Source: Paramecium tetraurelia (Eukaryota). From it: a DNA stretch of 64,000 nucleotides. Below, in pieces: positions 27,710 through 40,706 of the stretch (its first letter is position 1; the number at the start of each line of letters is the position of its first letter). The notes beneath the pieces were generated by a model. That model saw only the letters and a program-made list of their open reading frames with translations. It did not search any database and was not told where the DNA came from. A program made the position numbers and the translations under genes. The DNA is taken from positions 124,001 through 188,000 of the forward strand of contig CT868022.1 of NCBI GenBank assembly GCA_000165425.1, in the 5' to 3' direction.

Positions 27710-29757
27710 TCATCCAAATAAAAGAGTACTAGATGTACTCTTAGTGTATTTTGAATTGCATTCATAACTATATCCACTAAATAGATTTTGAACTGAATTC
27801 TTCTTTAGTAAAAGCTTATTTTCTTTAATCAATTCATCTTAACTATCATCATCTTCACTTATTTAATTCAGGTATTCAACATTATCATCAATTTACTTTT
27901 TAGAAATAAAACTGTACTTTTGGGATGTAAGGGGACTCAATTTCTTTGTTCAAGAGTTTCTGCCATGGAAAATTACGAAGCCAAGGATGATTCTTAACTT
28001 CATCAGGTCCTTTAAATCCAAGTCTGTTGGCTGGCTTTCTCTATATAAGCTTATTTATAAAATCTGCTGCTTCCACTGACCAATCATCAGGAATTTCAGA
28101 TCTTTTAATTTGAACTTGTCTGGTCAGGATCTGATCTCGGATTTCTTATCTTGATCTTCCATTATAAGGTCTTCTTCCCAACATAAACTCATAGCCCATA
28201 ATTCCTAATGCAAAGTAATCAACTGCTATTGTATGATTCTACCTACACATAACTTCAGGTGCTAATCAATGAATAATGATATATTACCCATATATCCAGG
28301 TGTCCCACTTGTATCTTGAGAATTCTCAGACTTCCAAACCCTTGCAATTCCTAAATCAGTCAATCTTGCATACCCCTATTTATCTATGACTATATTCTCT
28401 GGTTTAAGATCTCTATGAATAATATTATTATTATGCAAAAATTCCAATGCAAGCAAGACACAAGCAACAAAGAACTTGGTTTGATGTTCTTTGAATCTCC
28501 TCATTTTTCCTATGTGATATCTCAGATCGCCTCCAGTTAGCAAATCCATAACAAGGTAAAGGTTCTCCCTATCTTAAAAGCAATAGTTCATATTAATCAA
28601 AAAGGGGTGTTTGAATTAAGCCAAAAGATTACGTTCATTCATTACAGAGTTAACACTTCGTTTAGCTATTATTTTCGCTTTTGACATCTCCTTCATAGCA
28701 TAATATTATTTGCCTTTCTTCATTTCAACTTTCCAAACCTTACCAAAACCACCCTTGCCAATCACATAATGAAATTAAAAACTATACTTATTAATCTGTA
28801 TATTGCAATCTACAATCAAGGTTTCCTCATCCTCCTCACTTGATTCATGCTTTTCTTGTTGTTTTAGAATACTCTTTGAACTTTCATTTTTTGAGATGTG
28901 AGATAAGTGCTAAATACTTAACATAGAGTTGAATATATTATCTAATCCTTTGTTTTATTTAAATTAGTTGGGCACTTGAAACTCCTGCTTTTTAATTTAG
29001 ATCTGAGGAACTTCATGATTGATTAATTGGTATGGTTTATCAGCAGGTTTGTTTTCTTTCACCAGACTATTTTATTATTTCAACTGATTGTCTGGGTATT
29101 TGATATTATGAGTACTCGATTGCTTAAGATTGATAAAAGATGATATCTTTTAAATTGATGTATTTGGAGATTGAGAATTATTATTTCTTCCTGTATTTCT
29201 ATTGATTATATCTAAATTATCATAAAATGCTGGTTTCATAGGTGATTAATCTTTGGATTTGCTCTATAAATCTAGGTTTGAAGATTATTAATTATGAAAT
29301 AAAGAATTGAATAGCAATTTTGATTACTTTAGTTCCTATTTCTTGAATGTTTGAATTGGGCTACGTGAACTTGTATTCTAGTTTAAGTAATCTTGTTTTT
29401 CTTTAAAAAAAGAACTGCTTCTGCTACTATTAATGTTGGAAGCACTTTAATTTCTGGAATGCTTAGATTGTATTTAGATTTATGATTGATCCTATTTTTG
29501 CATATTTAATTGAACAATTTTTATTTTCTAAGGTGTAATACTTCTTTATTAAGATTAGTTGCCATTATTTTTTGAAGTCAATTGAGCTAATTGAAAAAAA
29601 CTTGTAAATTAACTTAAACCTAATGGTGATTTGTGAGTTTATTTTGTTGTTTCACTTGGTTGTTCCTACAATATTAATGCAATGTTCTTACAATTTTAGG
29701 TTTTATAAAATTGAATTTAGAGGGAAATAAATCCTTCAAACTGCGGTTGTTAGACAT
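27710..29757 (-). CDS. AGC-group Ser/Thr protein kinase with long low-complexity N-terminus
   Basis: [63 protein letters not shown]...VKNHPW, SPYIP AGC tail; N-terminal exon structure not fully resolved. Confidence 0.92.
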
Positions 29758-29994
29758 TTTTATATATTATTATAAACAATTCATATTATAAATTGCAAAT
29801 AAAATAAATTATCCTAATTGCAATTAACATATTTTTTAGATAGATAAAATTATAACTAATATATCTAAGCCATTTCTAACAATCTTAAAATGTTAGAGAA
29901 CTTAATTTTCATTATCCTCCATCTCACCATTAAACCAGGATTTGCAAGTTAATAGTTTAAATAAATATGAAAAAAGAATGAATCACAAAAAGCA

Positions 29995-30915
29995 TCAATC
30001 TTCATCCTCAATCCATCTAATACGCTTGCCATTTTCCCACATTCCCTACTTTTCAATTTTATCTATTAGTATTTTACCTTTCCCATGTTACTTGCCCTTT
30101 TTCCAATTTCCTGAATATCTACCAAATAAGTTTCATTATTTACTTTTTACCATCTGGCCATGTGAATGTACCAAATCCATGTTTTTTGTCAAAATAATAA
30201 TCTCCTTCATATTGTTTGCCATCTGCAGAAGTATATTTACCATGACCATGCATATTATTATCCAACCATTCACCTAAATAACACCTTCCATCTTTCCAAT
30301 GACATACTCCCTATCCTGTCATTCTATTTTGCAACCATTAACCCTAATAAACCTTTCCGTCTGGCCAATAATAAGTTCCTGATCCATCCTTCATTCCGTA
30401 TTTGTAGGTTCCTTCATATCTACTTCCATCTGTCCAAGTTTCAGTGCCATAACCATGCTGTTTGTCATCCTTCCACAATCCTTCATATTTGGAACCATCA
30501 GCATGGAAATAAATCCCTTAGCCATTTGCCTTGTCGTTTTACCATTCTCCATCATCTGAATGTTAGATTTCATATATTACATATGTCTCCATCTGCATGT
30601 TTAAAGATACCTTTCCCTTGAGCTTTATCATCCTTCCATTACCCTTCATAAGACGCCCCATCTGGCCAAACCTGAGTACCAAAACCATCACGACATATTC
30701 CAATCCAAAACAAAATATAAAATAATGTTGTACCATTCTCCAGTATATGTTGCTCCATTTTCATATTTGAATGTTCCTCTTTTGTCTCTTGTTACATCAG
30801 TCTCTCCAGTCATTGGAGCTATTATCTCAGAACTCTTAGGCCTTTTCAAATCATTTGGCAAAGCATACAAAATCATCTCCTCTTAAGTGTTTTCACAACT
30901 TTTACAAGTTCCCAT
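29995..30915 (-). CDS. MORN-repeat protein with N-terminal MGxCxxC acylation motif
   Basis: About ten YxGxWxxxxxxGxGxxxxxDG repeats; N-terminus MGTCKSC; three introns, the first (30706-30733) ending in TG instead of AG. Confidence 0.88.
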
Positions 30916-32205
30916 AAAAATATAATGTTATTTTTATTTATGTAGGCATAAAATTATTAATCTAAAATCTATGTATATTGATGTTTGATCTATTTTTAGA
31001 ATTGAATTTTAGCTCATCTCCAATTCTTTGTAGAATTCTAGGTTATACTTATTAGGTCAAGCACATCCAAATATTTTCTTTTTTTAATCAACTATATAAA
31101 TTAACTTTTGACCTAAATCATTCTAGTCAAACCTTTCTTATCATTTTGTGAATTTAGAAGTGAAATAATAATAAATACACTTTAAATGTAAAGATTCAGA
31201 GCAAAAACTTAAAAAAATATATTTACATAATTCAATCATAAAAATAATTTTTCAATTAATCAACATTATTATCATAGAATTCCTTAATCTATTAAATCTT
31301 TATATTAATAACTAATAAACTCTTTTTCCTTATTTGACATTAGAAGATCGATTATATTTTAAATGAAAAAAATTAAAAAAATTGTGAATTATTTGATTAA
31401 AATTACTATTAATAGAACTTTGGTCATATCAATTATATTAATTTTCTTCTATTCAATAACAGAATGATAATCCTTAATTAGAATTTAGTTAATTGTTCTT
31501 TAATAAAAATAATATTAATAGAATATTCAAGATCAACTGAATTTTCAATAAAAGAATGGTATAGACAATTTTATTATCAATAAATCTAATTATAAGTTCA
31601 AAGTGGAACTGGTTCCATAAATAATAATAAGAATGTTTTAAGCTGAATAAAGCATTATTTTATTTAAATTTTTTTGCTAATCCTGAAAAAAGTAGAAATC
31701 TAAAATTACAATATTGATTTTTCTTTGACTAAAATGAAAAATCTTAAAATTATTGCTAAACTAATTAATTGTCTAATAATTATAATCATTCTATAGAAAA
31801 GGAGAAAATTCAAATAGCATAATCTCATTCTATTGATCAAATATTCATTTTGATGTATATCCTTAGTTTTGAAATTATTATTTTCATTAATTTCCAAATA
31901 ATTGCAAATTATCATAAAATTATATGTTATATAGATTTAATATAAACAAATATTTGCTCTAAATATCATATCAAAATAATATGAGAGAAATAAAATAAAT
32001 CCAAATATTAGTAATACCTATAATTGTATTTACAACTAGATTGATATATTAAATATATTTGTATTTGCATAATATTATTTAAAGAAATTAGAGGGAATGA
32101 AGAAACTATTCATCCAATGAATGATGAGATTAATAAAATTGATGGATATGAATTAAGTTAATAAATCACTTATTTAGAAGCATTGAATTTTTAATAAAAT
32201 AAACA

Positions 32206-32954
32206 TCACATCAAAAATCTCTATTTAAAGAACTTCTTAAGGCTCCAAATCTAATATACTCCAGATGCTAGAAGAACAACTATTTATAGAATTGTAGTTT
32301 GAGTAACTCTTCTACTGATATCAATGGATTGAGTTGTCAATTTATCTTCTTATTCTCGATTCAATTATTAAAGTGAAATGAAATCATCAGTTCTGTTTTT
32401 TAAGGCTGAGATTCTGTCTATCGAATAAATAGTAACATGTGTGTAATACCTTTGATTGATTCAACATGAGTCTTATTTGCAGCATCTTGTAGATTATGAT
32501 CAACTCCTTGTTGTATTTTGATGGAGTATTTATACTCATTGACACTCCAAAATTACTTGGACTTAATGACACAGAATTTGTATCTGCCCACTATGTCAAA
32601 TAGATTATATACGTACTTGTTTTAGCAGTGAATGACAATTTGTTCTTTCCTTCCACAGTTTTAGCAGTTTTCACTATGTTGCCATCAGGGCCATACACAT
32701 TTAGAGTGATTCCATCTTTAATCATTTTTGGTATGTCTAAGCATAGAATGATCGAGTACCTCTTTTTTCATTTTTGGCCACGCCTTCAGACATCAATTCA
32801 TGATAAATCACTACAATCTAGAGAATTAAGAGATAGAATTTACAGTTTGACTTGGTATTTCATCTGAGAAGCACTTTTCTACTCCTTCCTTAGCATAGAA
32901 GCTGATACATTGATTCAAACTGACTAATAGTGCAATTACAATAAAGTATTTCAT
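32206..32954 (-). CDS. p24/emp24/gp25L (TMED) cargo receptor
   Basis: Signal peptide MKYFIVIALLVSLNQC; GOLD domain EKCFSDEIP..VYGPDG..LSFTAK..GRYKFC; coiled coil; TM ILQIVVLLASGVYQI; tail WSLKKFFKQRFLM; 4 tiny introns. Confidence 0.9.
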
Positions 32955-33501
32955 ATTAAATGTATTTATTAATAACTCTGTAAAAGTTTAGTATTACTAT
33001 CAATTCAAACTACAATTCAGTCTTAATGAAGTTATTCATTAAGAATGAGTTATTGAACAATCTAAAGTAATAAACAGACTTTTTATTAGCAAATCTTTAA
33101 ATAGAAATAAAATAACAAAGAATATATCTTTAAGCACTTGCTCAATGACAAAGCAGTATAAAATAATAGAACATAAGTATGTTTTATCAACAAATTTCTT
33201 AGATTTAAGGTAGATAATATCTTTTAGCCATATAATTTAGAATTGATAAAAATTAACAAAAAAAATAATGAATCAATGAATGATAATTGAAATTCAATAC
33301 TTATTATTAGATTTTACAAAGAACAATTGATACAGATATATTGATAAATTAAGCAACAAGCAAAGAAATTTCAATTGTATAAAAAGTGAAATCCTTAAAT
33401 TGAAACTTATATTATAGGGAGATGATAGATTACTATGCATTTCAAATAGAGTTAAAATGGAGAATAAATCCCAACATATTATTATAATTTAATTAAAAGA
33501 A

Positions 33502-34015
33502 ATGTTATATATTCTTACAGAAGAGCAAGTAGAGATTCCAGAGATATTGAAATTAAAGCTAATCAAAGAAAGTTGATGTTAAAGATATTGAAGTTAATTA
33601 TGATTATAGGACCAAGAGGAATCTTGAACAGAAACTTTAAACATGCATCCTTGGATATCTAAGTCCAAAAAGAAATTAAAGAAATAAAGCAAATAGGACT
33701 AATCAAGATTGAATATTAGGATGTGGTATAATACAGCAAGCAAAGATTTTAAGTAAAATCAATTGCTGCTTAAATAAAGAATATGATTAGAGGTATTACT
33801 TCAGGAGTTGTGATCACTAGAAAAGAAGCTGAAGAAAAGAGTAGAACAAATAATTCAAATTATTAGATGTCTTGATCTTAAGCGCTAATGATCTTAATAA
33901 TGTTTCATTAACATGTGCTTTAATTCATTAAGCTTGTGCAGTTAAAAATAAAGATATTAGATGATTCTTGGATGAAATCTATGTCTCAGAAAAAGTTTGG
34001 AAGTTTGATATTTAA
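33502..34015 (+). pseudogene. RPL9: 60S ribosomal protein L9 (uL6) unprocessed pseudogene
   Basis: [71 protein letters not shown]. Frameshifts, premature TGA 33962-33964, donor GT->AT in intron 33585-33609, ~44-codon internal deletion. Confidence 0.92.
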
Positions 34016-34071
34016 TAATAAATTTAATATGGAATGCATCACTATTATTTGTGGTTATGTAAATAATTGTA

Positions 34072-35416
34072 TCATATTTCTTCCACTTTGTAATCATGAT
34101 TTTCGAAGAAATTGATTTCTTTCTTCTTTCTTGAATTATACTTTTCTAAGAATCTTAACCTATTGCTAACGATTCTTTCAATAAGTTCATCAGCAGTCTG
34201 TTTGTTGACTGCCTAGATTTATTAATAGATTCCCAATTTAATTGGTAACTCATAAGGATCATCGACGGTCTTTTAGGAACAAGTACCTTCTACAACCAAA
34301 TCAATTTTGAAATTTTTGATTAATTGTTCATTCACCTTATATGGAACTCCCATTATAACTTCGTCTACGAATTTAATTGCCAATAAATTTAAGACTCTCT
34401 CTTACAAATTTAAAATTGGATAGTTTTTCCCTTTTATTTTGTTAATTGTCTAAAAATGTATACATGTCTATACCTCATTGTCATACACTCCAACATACAA
34501 GAAATCTCCCAACTCCTTGGCTTTTCTTAAAACATCAACATGGCCCTGATGCAGAATGTCGAATGATCCATCAATATACACGATCTTATCACCAGGTTTA
34601 GGTTTCTTGTTGTTACTAAATTGCATGATTCTCCTGGTTGTGTTCAGTATTTTGTTATTTAAGGTTTGTTCAATTGAAACTTGGTCTATCTCAAGAGAAT
34701 TGATATTGGAAGCTTCGACGACAGTTTACTTCTAGAATACTTTCTGAAAATATGGAATTCAAAAATTACCTTCTCCTCCCACATAACTTCTTTGGTCATT
34801 AACAACATTCTACCCACTATGTCTGTAGTACTGATTCCTTCTGTTCTTTTGAAGATTCTAAAAAATATGGAATGATCAAAAATTACTTCATTCTTTTTGC
34901 ATCCTTGAATGGTTAATACGCATCTTTGCCATCAGCAGTTTGGACTAAGTCATCTCCATGGGCAACGTGTGAACAAGAGTGTCTATCTATCTATTCAATT
35001 GTTGGGTCGTATGTTTCCTGGATAACTACTTCATCCACCCACTTGCAGGCACTGGCTAGGGCCAATCGTTCCTCATCAGTCATAATTGGAGGTCCTTTTG
35101 CTTTGGCTATTGCATCAGATTTGATCACTCCGACAACCAAGGTCTCACATAATTCTTTGGCTTGACGAAGTGCGTTGAAATGTCCAGAGTGCATTAGGTC
35201 GAAACATCCATCGAAATATAATCTCTTGACTTTCTCTTCGCCATAACTCGAAGATGGGAGTTAAGATAAAAAGAGGTCAGCCTGTTCTTTAGACATGTCC
35301 CTTATGTGAGCATACTGTGCACTGTATTGTTTAGCAAGTTGCTATATCTTTTGTGCTTGCTCAGTTTTAAGAATATGATCTATAAAAAACAATGTATGGA
35401 GGTTATTTTAATCCAT
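34072..35416 (-). CDS. PCYT2: Ethanolamine-phosphate cytidylyltransferase (two cytidylyltransferase domains)
   Basis: YFDGCFDLMHSGHFNALRQAK..ACKWVDEV..HGDD..RTEGISTTDIVGRML; second domain VYIDGSFDILHQGHVDVL..GKNYPILNLQERVL; tiny introns. Confidence 0.95.
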
Positions 35417-35511
35417 TTATTTTAATTTCGATATTAATTCTTTTTCATTAGCATTATAACATAGATGCCTTGATTAATCAATAAATAATTAAAATAATCA
35501 CCATAACTAGT

Positions 35512-36410
35512 ATGTCTACAATTGAGAAAGCTATTTAGTAATTAAGAAAACAATATGAGTATACACATAATTCAACTGAAATTCATTCAAATGCATCATT
35601 CTTTGAAGAAGAAAGAAGTGAACATTATTAAGATGATGACTTATCTTGGCAAGAAGACTTCCCAGATTATTTGTAGATGTCCTCTTGCTAGTTGGATAGT
35701 GTATGCTATGCTATTTAAATATTTAGTCCCTTCTGCCACTTCAAAGCTCGGAAAGCAGTAAAAAATTCTCTACTAATCCGACCTAAACTCTCGTGAGAGG
35801 CTAAGGCTACTTTGTCTAAGAAATTGTTGATGATGTTAATGAATATATTAACAATAACAATTCTTAAACTGGCAAGGGCATTGCCATTCACGTGCGTGGA
35901 CAAGGATCCATAGGTATATCAACCAAAAAAGGGAAAAAATTAGAAAAATACAATAAAAAAAAAATTCAGAATCTTAATAATCAAATAAATATTAATAATA
36001 ATAATGCATTAGAATCATAATCACAACAATAGTCTTCATCAAATCAACCTTCCCCCTCACAATCAAACGATTAATAGAATAAATAAATTTGCTAGAGCCA
36101 AAAAGTCATACTTGCATATCTGATGGTAGAAAGTGATGTATCAAAACAAGCTTAATAAAGAGCAGAAAATTTCATTTAAAAATATATGCAAAATGAGAAT
36201 AATTTAGAAAATCTCCAAAATATTTAAGAAGCTTATAAAATAATGCTTCTACCTGAATAGGTAATACAGTAGCTTGCTCAAGCTCTAAGCTAGGAAGAAC
36301 GAATGTTATACCTGAATTTATCTTTGCATCGACTCAATTTATAGAATAATAGGCATCCATTTGCTGCAAAGGCAGCAGCGAAGATAACGAAATAAATTAA
36401 AATTTGTTGA
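35512..36410 (+). CDS. Hypothetical protein (~290 aa) with Asn/Gln/Ser-rich middle
   Basis: MSTIEKAIQQLRKQYEY...; one 26-nt intron (gtatgctatgctatttaaatatttag) restores a frame open to ...KITKQIKIC-TGA. Confidence 0.72.
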
Positions 36411-36784
36411 TGAAAATAAAGTCACACAACAGGAAAGAACAATGAGGGCTTAAGTATATATGTGGTTCTCATGAACAAAATATTATCATATATAAATTTA
36501 ACCATTAATCTTGTTTCCATTCAGTAGAATGTAATCTTAATCGTATGAAGTAAAACCTCAATCTTTTTTAATTCAATTTAAGGCATTCTTTTATTTTTTA
36601 AATGCAATTCTTTACTTTGCTTTTGAAGTTCTGACAGAATGAAGCCTATTGCTGTTGAGTTAGATCACCATTTTCTAATAAATAAGGGATTTACCTGCTG
36701 TTATTTAACTTCTATACACAAAAGCATAGATTGGTAATTTTATTAATATTATAAATTTAATGCATTGAAACTATTATAAATATA

Positions 36785-39503
36785 ATGCAATTAAATTGGA
36801 AATTAATTTAGTACTATTCAACAAACACTATCAATGTTGCTATCGGACTGCTTTTATATTTATATGATGTTAGTTTAATATTTTCACTTGTACTACTTAT
36901 TTTGAATGGAATAGTATTGTTACTCAGCATATTGATCATTCAAAAACAAAAAAAGTTGATTCCAAAAAAATACTTTCAACAATTTATGAATCTTACTCTA
37001 AGTGTTCATATATCGTATTGCTGTTTTTTAGATAAGGATTTAGCTAGAATAACTTATATTTTATTGAAAGCATTAGAAATATAAATGGTCAAAAAATAAT
37101 CAATAATAAAATCCTTATTATTGCATCTTGCTTACAATATTTTATTCTTTATCTTATTCATAATCCACAAGGAAAATGCAATCTCGTATGTTGTCACAGT
37201 TTATTGTACTCTATTGCTAATTAAGATAAAGTACTCTTCGATAAATCAAGAAAATTAAGAATTCGAATTGCCAGCACAAATGACAAAACCCACACAAAGA
37301 AACTCTGAAATTATCAATTTAATATAAGATTCAATAAGCAATTCTTGGTTGATTCGATTACAAAATATACCAGTGGGCATTATGATAGTTAAAAAGAATA
37401 ATCTTTAAATCATGTTCTAAAACCAGTCTCTGCTTTAAATGTTTGACGGCATTAAGGACATACCCAAATTTCTAATGAACGAATTACAATTCAAACTTCA
37501 AATCAAAAGAAAGAGGAAATAAGTTAAAGAGACAAGTATTAAACTACCGAAGCAATCTCCTAAACAATACAACAGTATTCCGTAGTTTTTTAGTTGCAAC
37601 AAGGTGCCCAGTGTTTAGAGACTTCCTAACACTTTAAATGAAATATTGGTGGAATTATAAAATGGCAATCTGGATTAATTTTATTCAAAGGAAAACAATC
37701 TAGAACTTTTAGCTTAATTGTCAAAATCCAAGTATTCATCCTTTCAGGAGGAAGACTATACAAGATAGATCTAATGCAAGATATTTTGCGGTTAGAACGA
37801 TAATGAATACTTGATCATAATGGATGATATCTCACTGCAAAGCTACTTATAGAAGTTGGAGACTAGGGAGAAATTCTAAGTCAGAATTATTGATTCCTTC
37901 TCCCATGAATTGAGAACTCCATTGAATAGCGCCAAATTATTTTTAGATGGCCTTATTAATGATCCAAGCATCAACGAGAATCACAAATATAATTTTATCT
38001 ATCCTGCTTCCAATGCCCTGAAGTTATAAGCTTATTTAATTAGGGATATTATAGATTTTATCTAATTCCATTCACAAATTATCAAATATAAGTTTGAAGA
38101 ATTTAATTTTGAAGATATAGTCTAAGAAGTAAATGATTTATTTAGACCAATACTCTAAATGAAATACCTTGGATTACACATCATTGTAAAAAACACTGTC
38201 CCTCCATTAATCTACTCAGATTTCGATAGAATCATGCAGATCTTAGTCAATTTAATCTCAAATTCAATCAAATTTTCTGAGAGAGGATTGATTACCTTAG
38301 AAATATCATGCTATGATTCAACTCTAACCTTTTGTGTTAAGGATCAAGGTGTTGGGATAGAAAGTGATTAGTTGCAAAAAATCTAAGAGTTCTTAAAGTC
38401 CTTTAATCAAAACAGAGATTTTTCATGTCATGATGAGTGGTAAGGTTTGGGATTACTTGTCAGCCAAATGAATTTGTTCAAGTTAGCCCCGTTAAACAAA
38501 ACCTATTTGAAAATAAACTCTACTGGCTTAGGCGAAGGTACTTAAGTCACCTTTAAAATTAGGACAACTTAAACTTCAAATACTCAAATATTAGGAACTA
38601 CTATCAAAAGGTAGAGTTTAAGAACTGCATATACAGTCCCTGATCTCTGTATGGGAATTTAAGGGATCTTAATAATTAATAATCCTAAAACGGATGATTT
38701 GATGATTGATAAAAAGCTTTAATAGATTCCGATTAGACATCATTCTTCAATTGCTAATTATTTTCGCCCTTAATAATCCACAGGGTTGTTAAATTAGTAT
38801 GTGTAACCAGAAACAGATCTTTAAGATGAGGACACTCAAAGAGGAAATCTTTAAGGCAATGTAATAAAGTTGAATAGCTCAGCCAAAATATTCTATACCT
38901 TTATCAATAATAAAGAATTAAGGGAAAAATCTATTAAAAGAAGAAAAAAGTCCTCATTTAGTATTTCAGAAATTGATATATAATCAAGCAAACGACCAAA
39001 CACATTAATCTCAAGACTTATTTAAAGGGAGGAACAAGAAATAGAAATGGAAGAGAAGTTTGACAACTTATAATTCCCTTGTTAATGTGCTAGAATTTTA
39101 TCAGTAGATGATGATCTCTTCAATCAAAAAGCATTATAAGTGATAATTGGCCAAATGGGATTTAGATTATTAATAGTAATATTCATTTCATTTTTAGGCA
39201 TATAATGGTTATTAGGCTGTTGAATTAATATAAAACACTGAAAAATGCTCTGAATCATGTAAGTTGTTCCACTTTATTTTGATGGACTGCTAGATGCCCA
39301 TTATGGATGGGTGGACAACCACAAAAGTCCTAATGGATCTCATTAGAGATAAGCAGGTTCCAGATATCCCCATAATAGGTTTGACTGCATTTAATTCAAC
39401 AGAAGATATCAATAGATGCTTTGAGGTTGGTATGAGAGATGTATTGACGAAACCTTTAAATATTAATTAGCTAAAGCAAGCATTACTAAAATTATTTAAT
39501 TGA
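36785..39503 (+). CDS. Membrane-bound hybrid histidine kinase (TM - PAS-like - HisKA - HATPase - receiver)
   Basis: N-terminal hydrophobic helices; LQNIPVGIMIV..FQNQ PAS-like start; SFSHELRTPLN; RIMQILVNLISNSIKFS; VKDQGVGI; QGLGL; receiver ILSVDDDLFN..ILMDCQMPIMDG..IIGLTA..LTKPL; one intron near 39177. Confidence 0.94.
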
Positions 39504-40013
39504 TCCATGTATTATTTTATTTACTGCTTATACTAAAATAACAAATATTGTAAGAATATTTCTCTAGAGTTCATATCCTTGTATTTAGATTTGCAATTAT
39601 TTCAAGACATATGGATATAGAATAAAGTTCTTCCATATTTAGTATGTTTTCTTTGGAAAGAATATTTTCATTAATGGATTCACTGAATATTTTCTTCTTC
39701 TCTAATTATTCCTCTCATGCTTATGATTTTGAATTTTCAGATTTCTTGATGTAATTTATTTTAATGACAATTTGGCACATTCATTATTAATTAATAAGCA
39801 TTAAAATCTAAAGTCTATTTCAACCAAAGTAATAAAATTCATCTAATATTATTTTTATATCTGATTCATAAGCAGAGATGTTGATTTATATTGTGTATTG
39901 ATATTTTTTATATTTTTATGCATTTTGTATATGTAGAAGAATAAATTATATGCTTTTCATTTCATAAAATAAAGAAAAAGATTTAATTTATTTTGAATTA
40001 AAATAAAGTTCAT

Positions 40014-40517
40014 ATGACATTCATCGTGAAAACAAGAAAAGTTCTTTTAAAATAAAGTCTTGAAATAAGAAGATAATTAGTAAGCCAATTTATTAAATTA
40101 AAAAGAGTGTTGAATTGCTTCATCCAAATAAGCCAACTCCATCATAAGAATCAGTTGTCAAGGAATTGGCTAGCAAGTATAAAGCTGATGAGAGAAATGT
40201 TGTTGTCTATGGCCTCAGAACAACATTCGGAGGTAACAGAACTACTGGATTTGCTCTCATTTATGACACTTAATAGTATAGCAATAATTAAATAATTCAG
40301 GTATTTACTTAAATTCGAACCAAAATTCAGATTGAGAAGAAGAGGAATTATCCCTAAAAGAGATGGAAGCAGAAAGGGATGGAAAGAAGTCAAATCAAAG
40401 TTAAAGAAGACCAGAGGTGCAGAAAAAACAAAGATTTATATGTCAAGAAAAACAGACAAGAGAGAAGTCATAAGAGCTTAAAAGGAAACTTATCTTAAGG
40501 GTTTTGTTGGAAAATGA
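40014..40517 (+). CDS. RPS24: 40S ribosomal protein S24 (eS24)
   Basis: [55 protein letters not shown]; two introns (26 and 25 nt). Confidence 0.96.
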
Positions 40518-40706
40518 TGATCATAAATATTAATAGTACATTATAATAAAACAAACTAATAATAATTAGCATATTTTCATATTGTATTTATTATGTGATA
40601 CTGATCCTTTTAATAAGCTTCAATAATTAGTATAATTTATGAAGGATTAATTATTTATCTCTCATAATGATTTTATTTTAATTCGTTTTTAATATTTTAA
40701 TTTATT

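Noticed and set aside
29942..30621. Plus-strand ORFs of 111 and 151 aa
   Set aside because: Antisense to the MORN-repeat gene with no protein-like features.
40514..40604. ATGATGA..CTGA pair resembling a C/D snoRNA
   Set aside because: The C box overlaps the RPS24 stop codon, the interior is plain AT-rich UTR and no rRNA guide was recognised.
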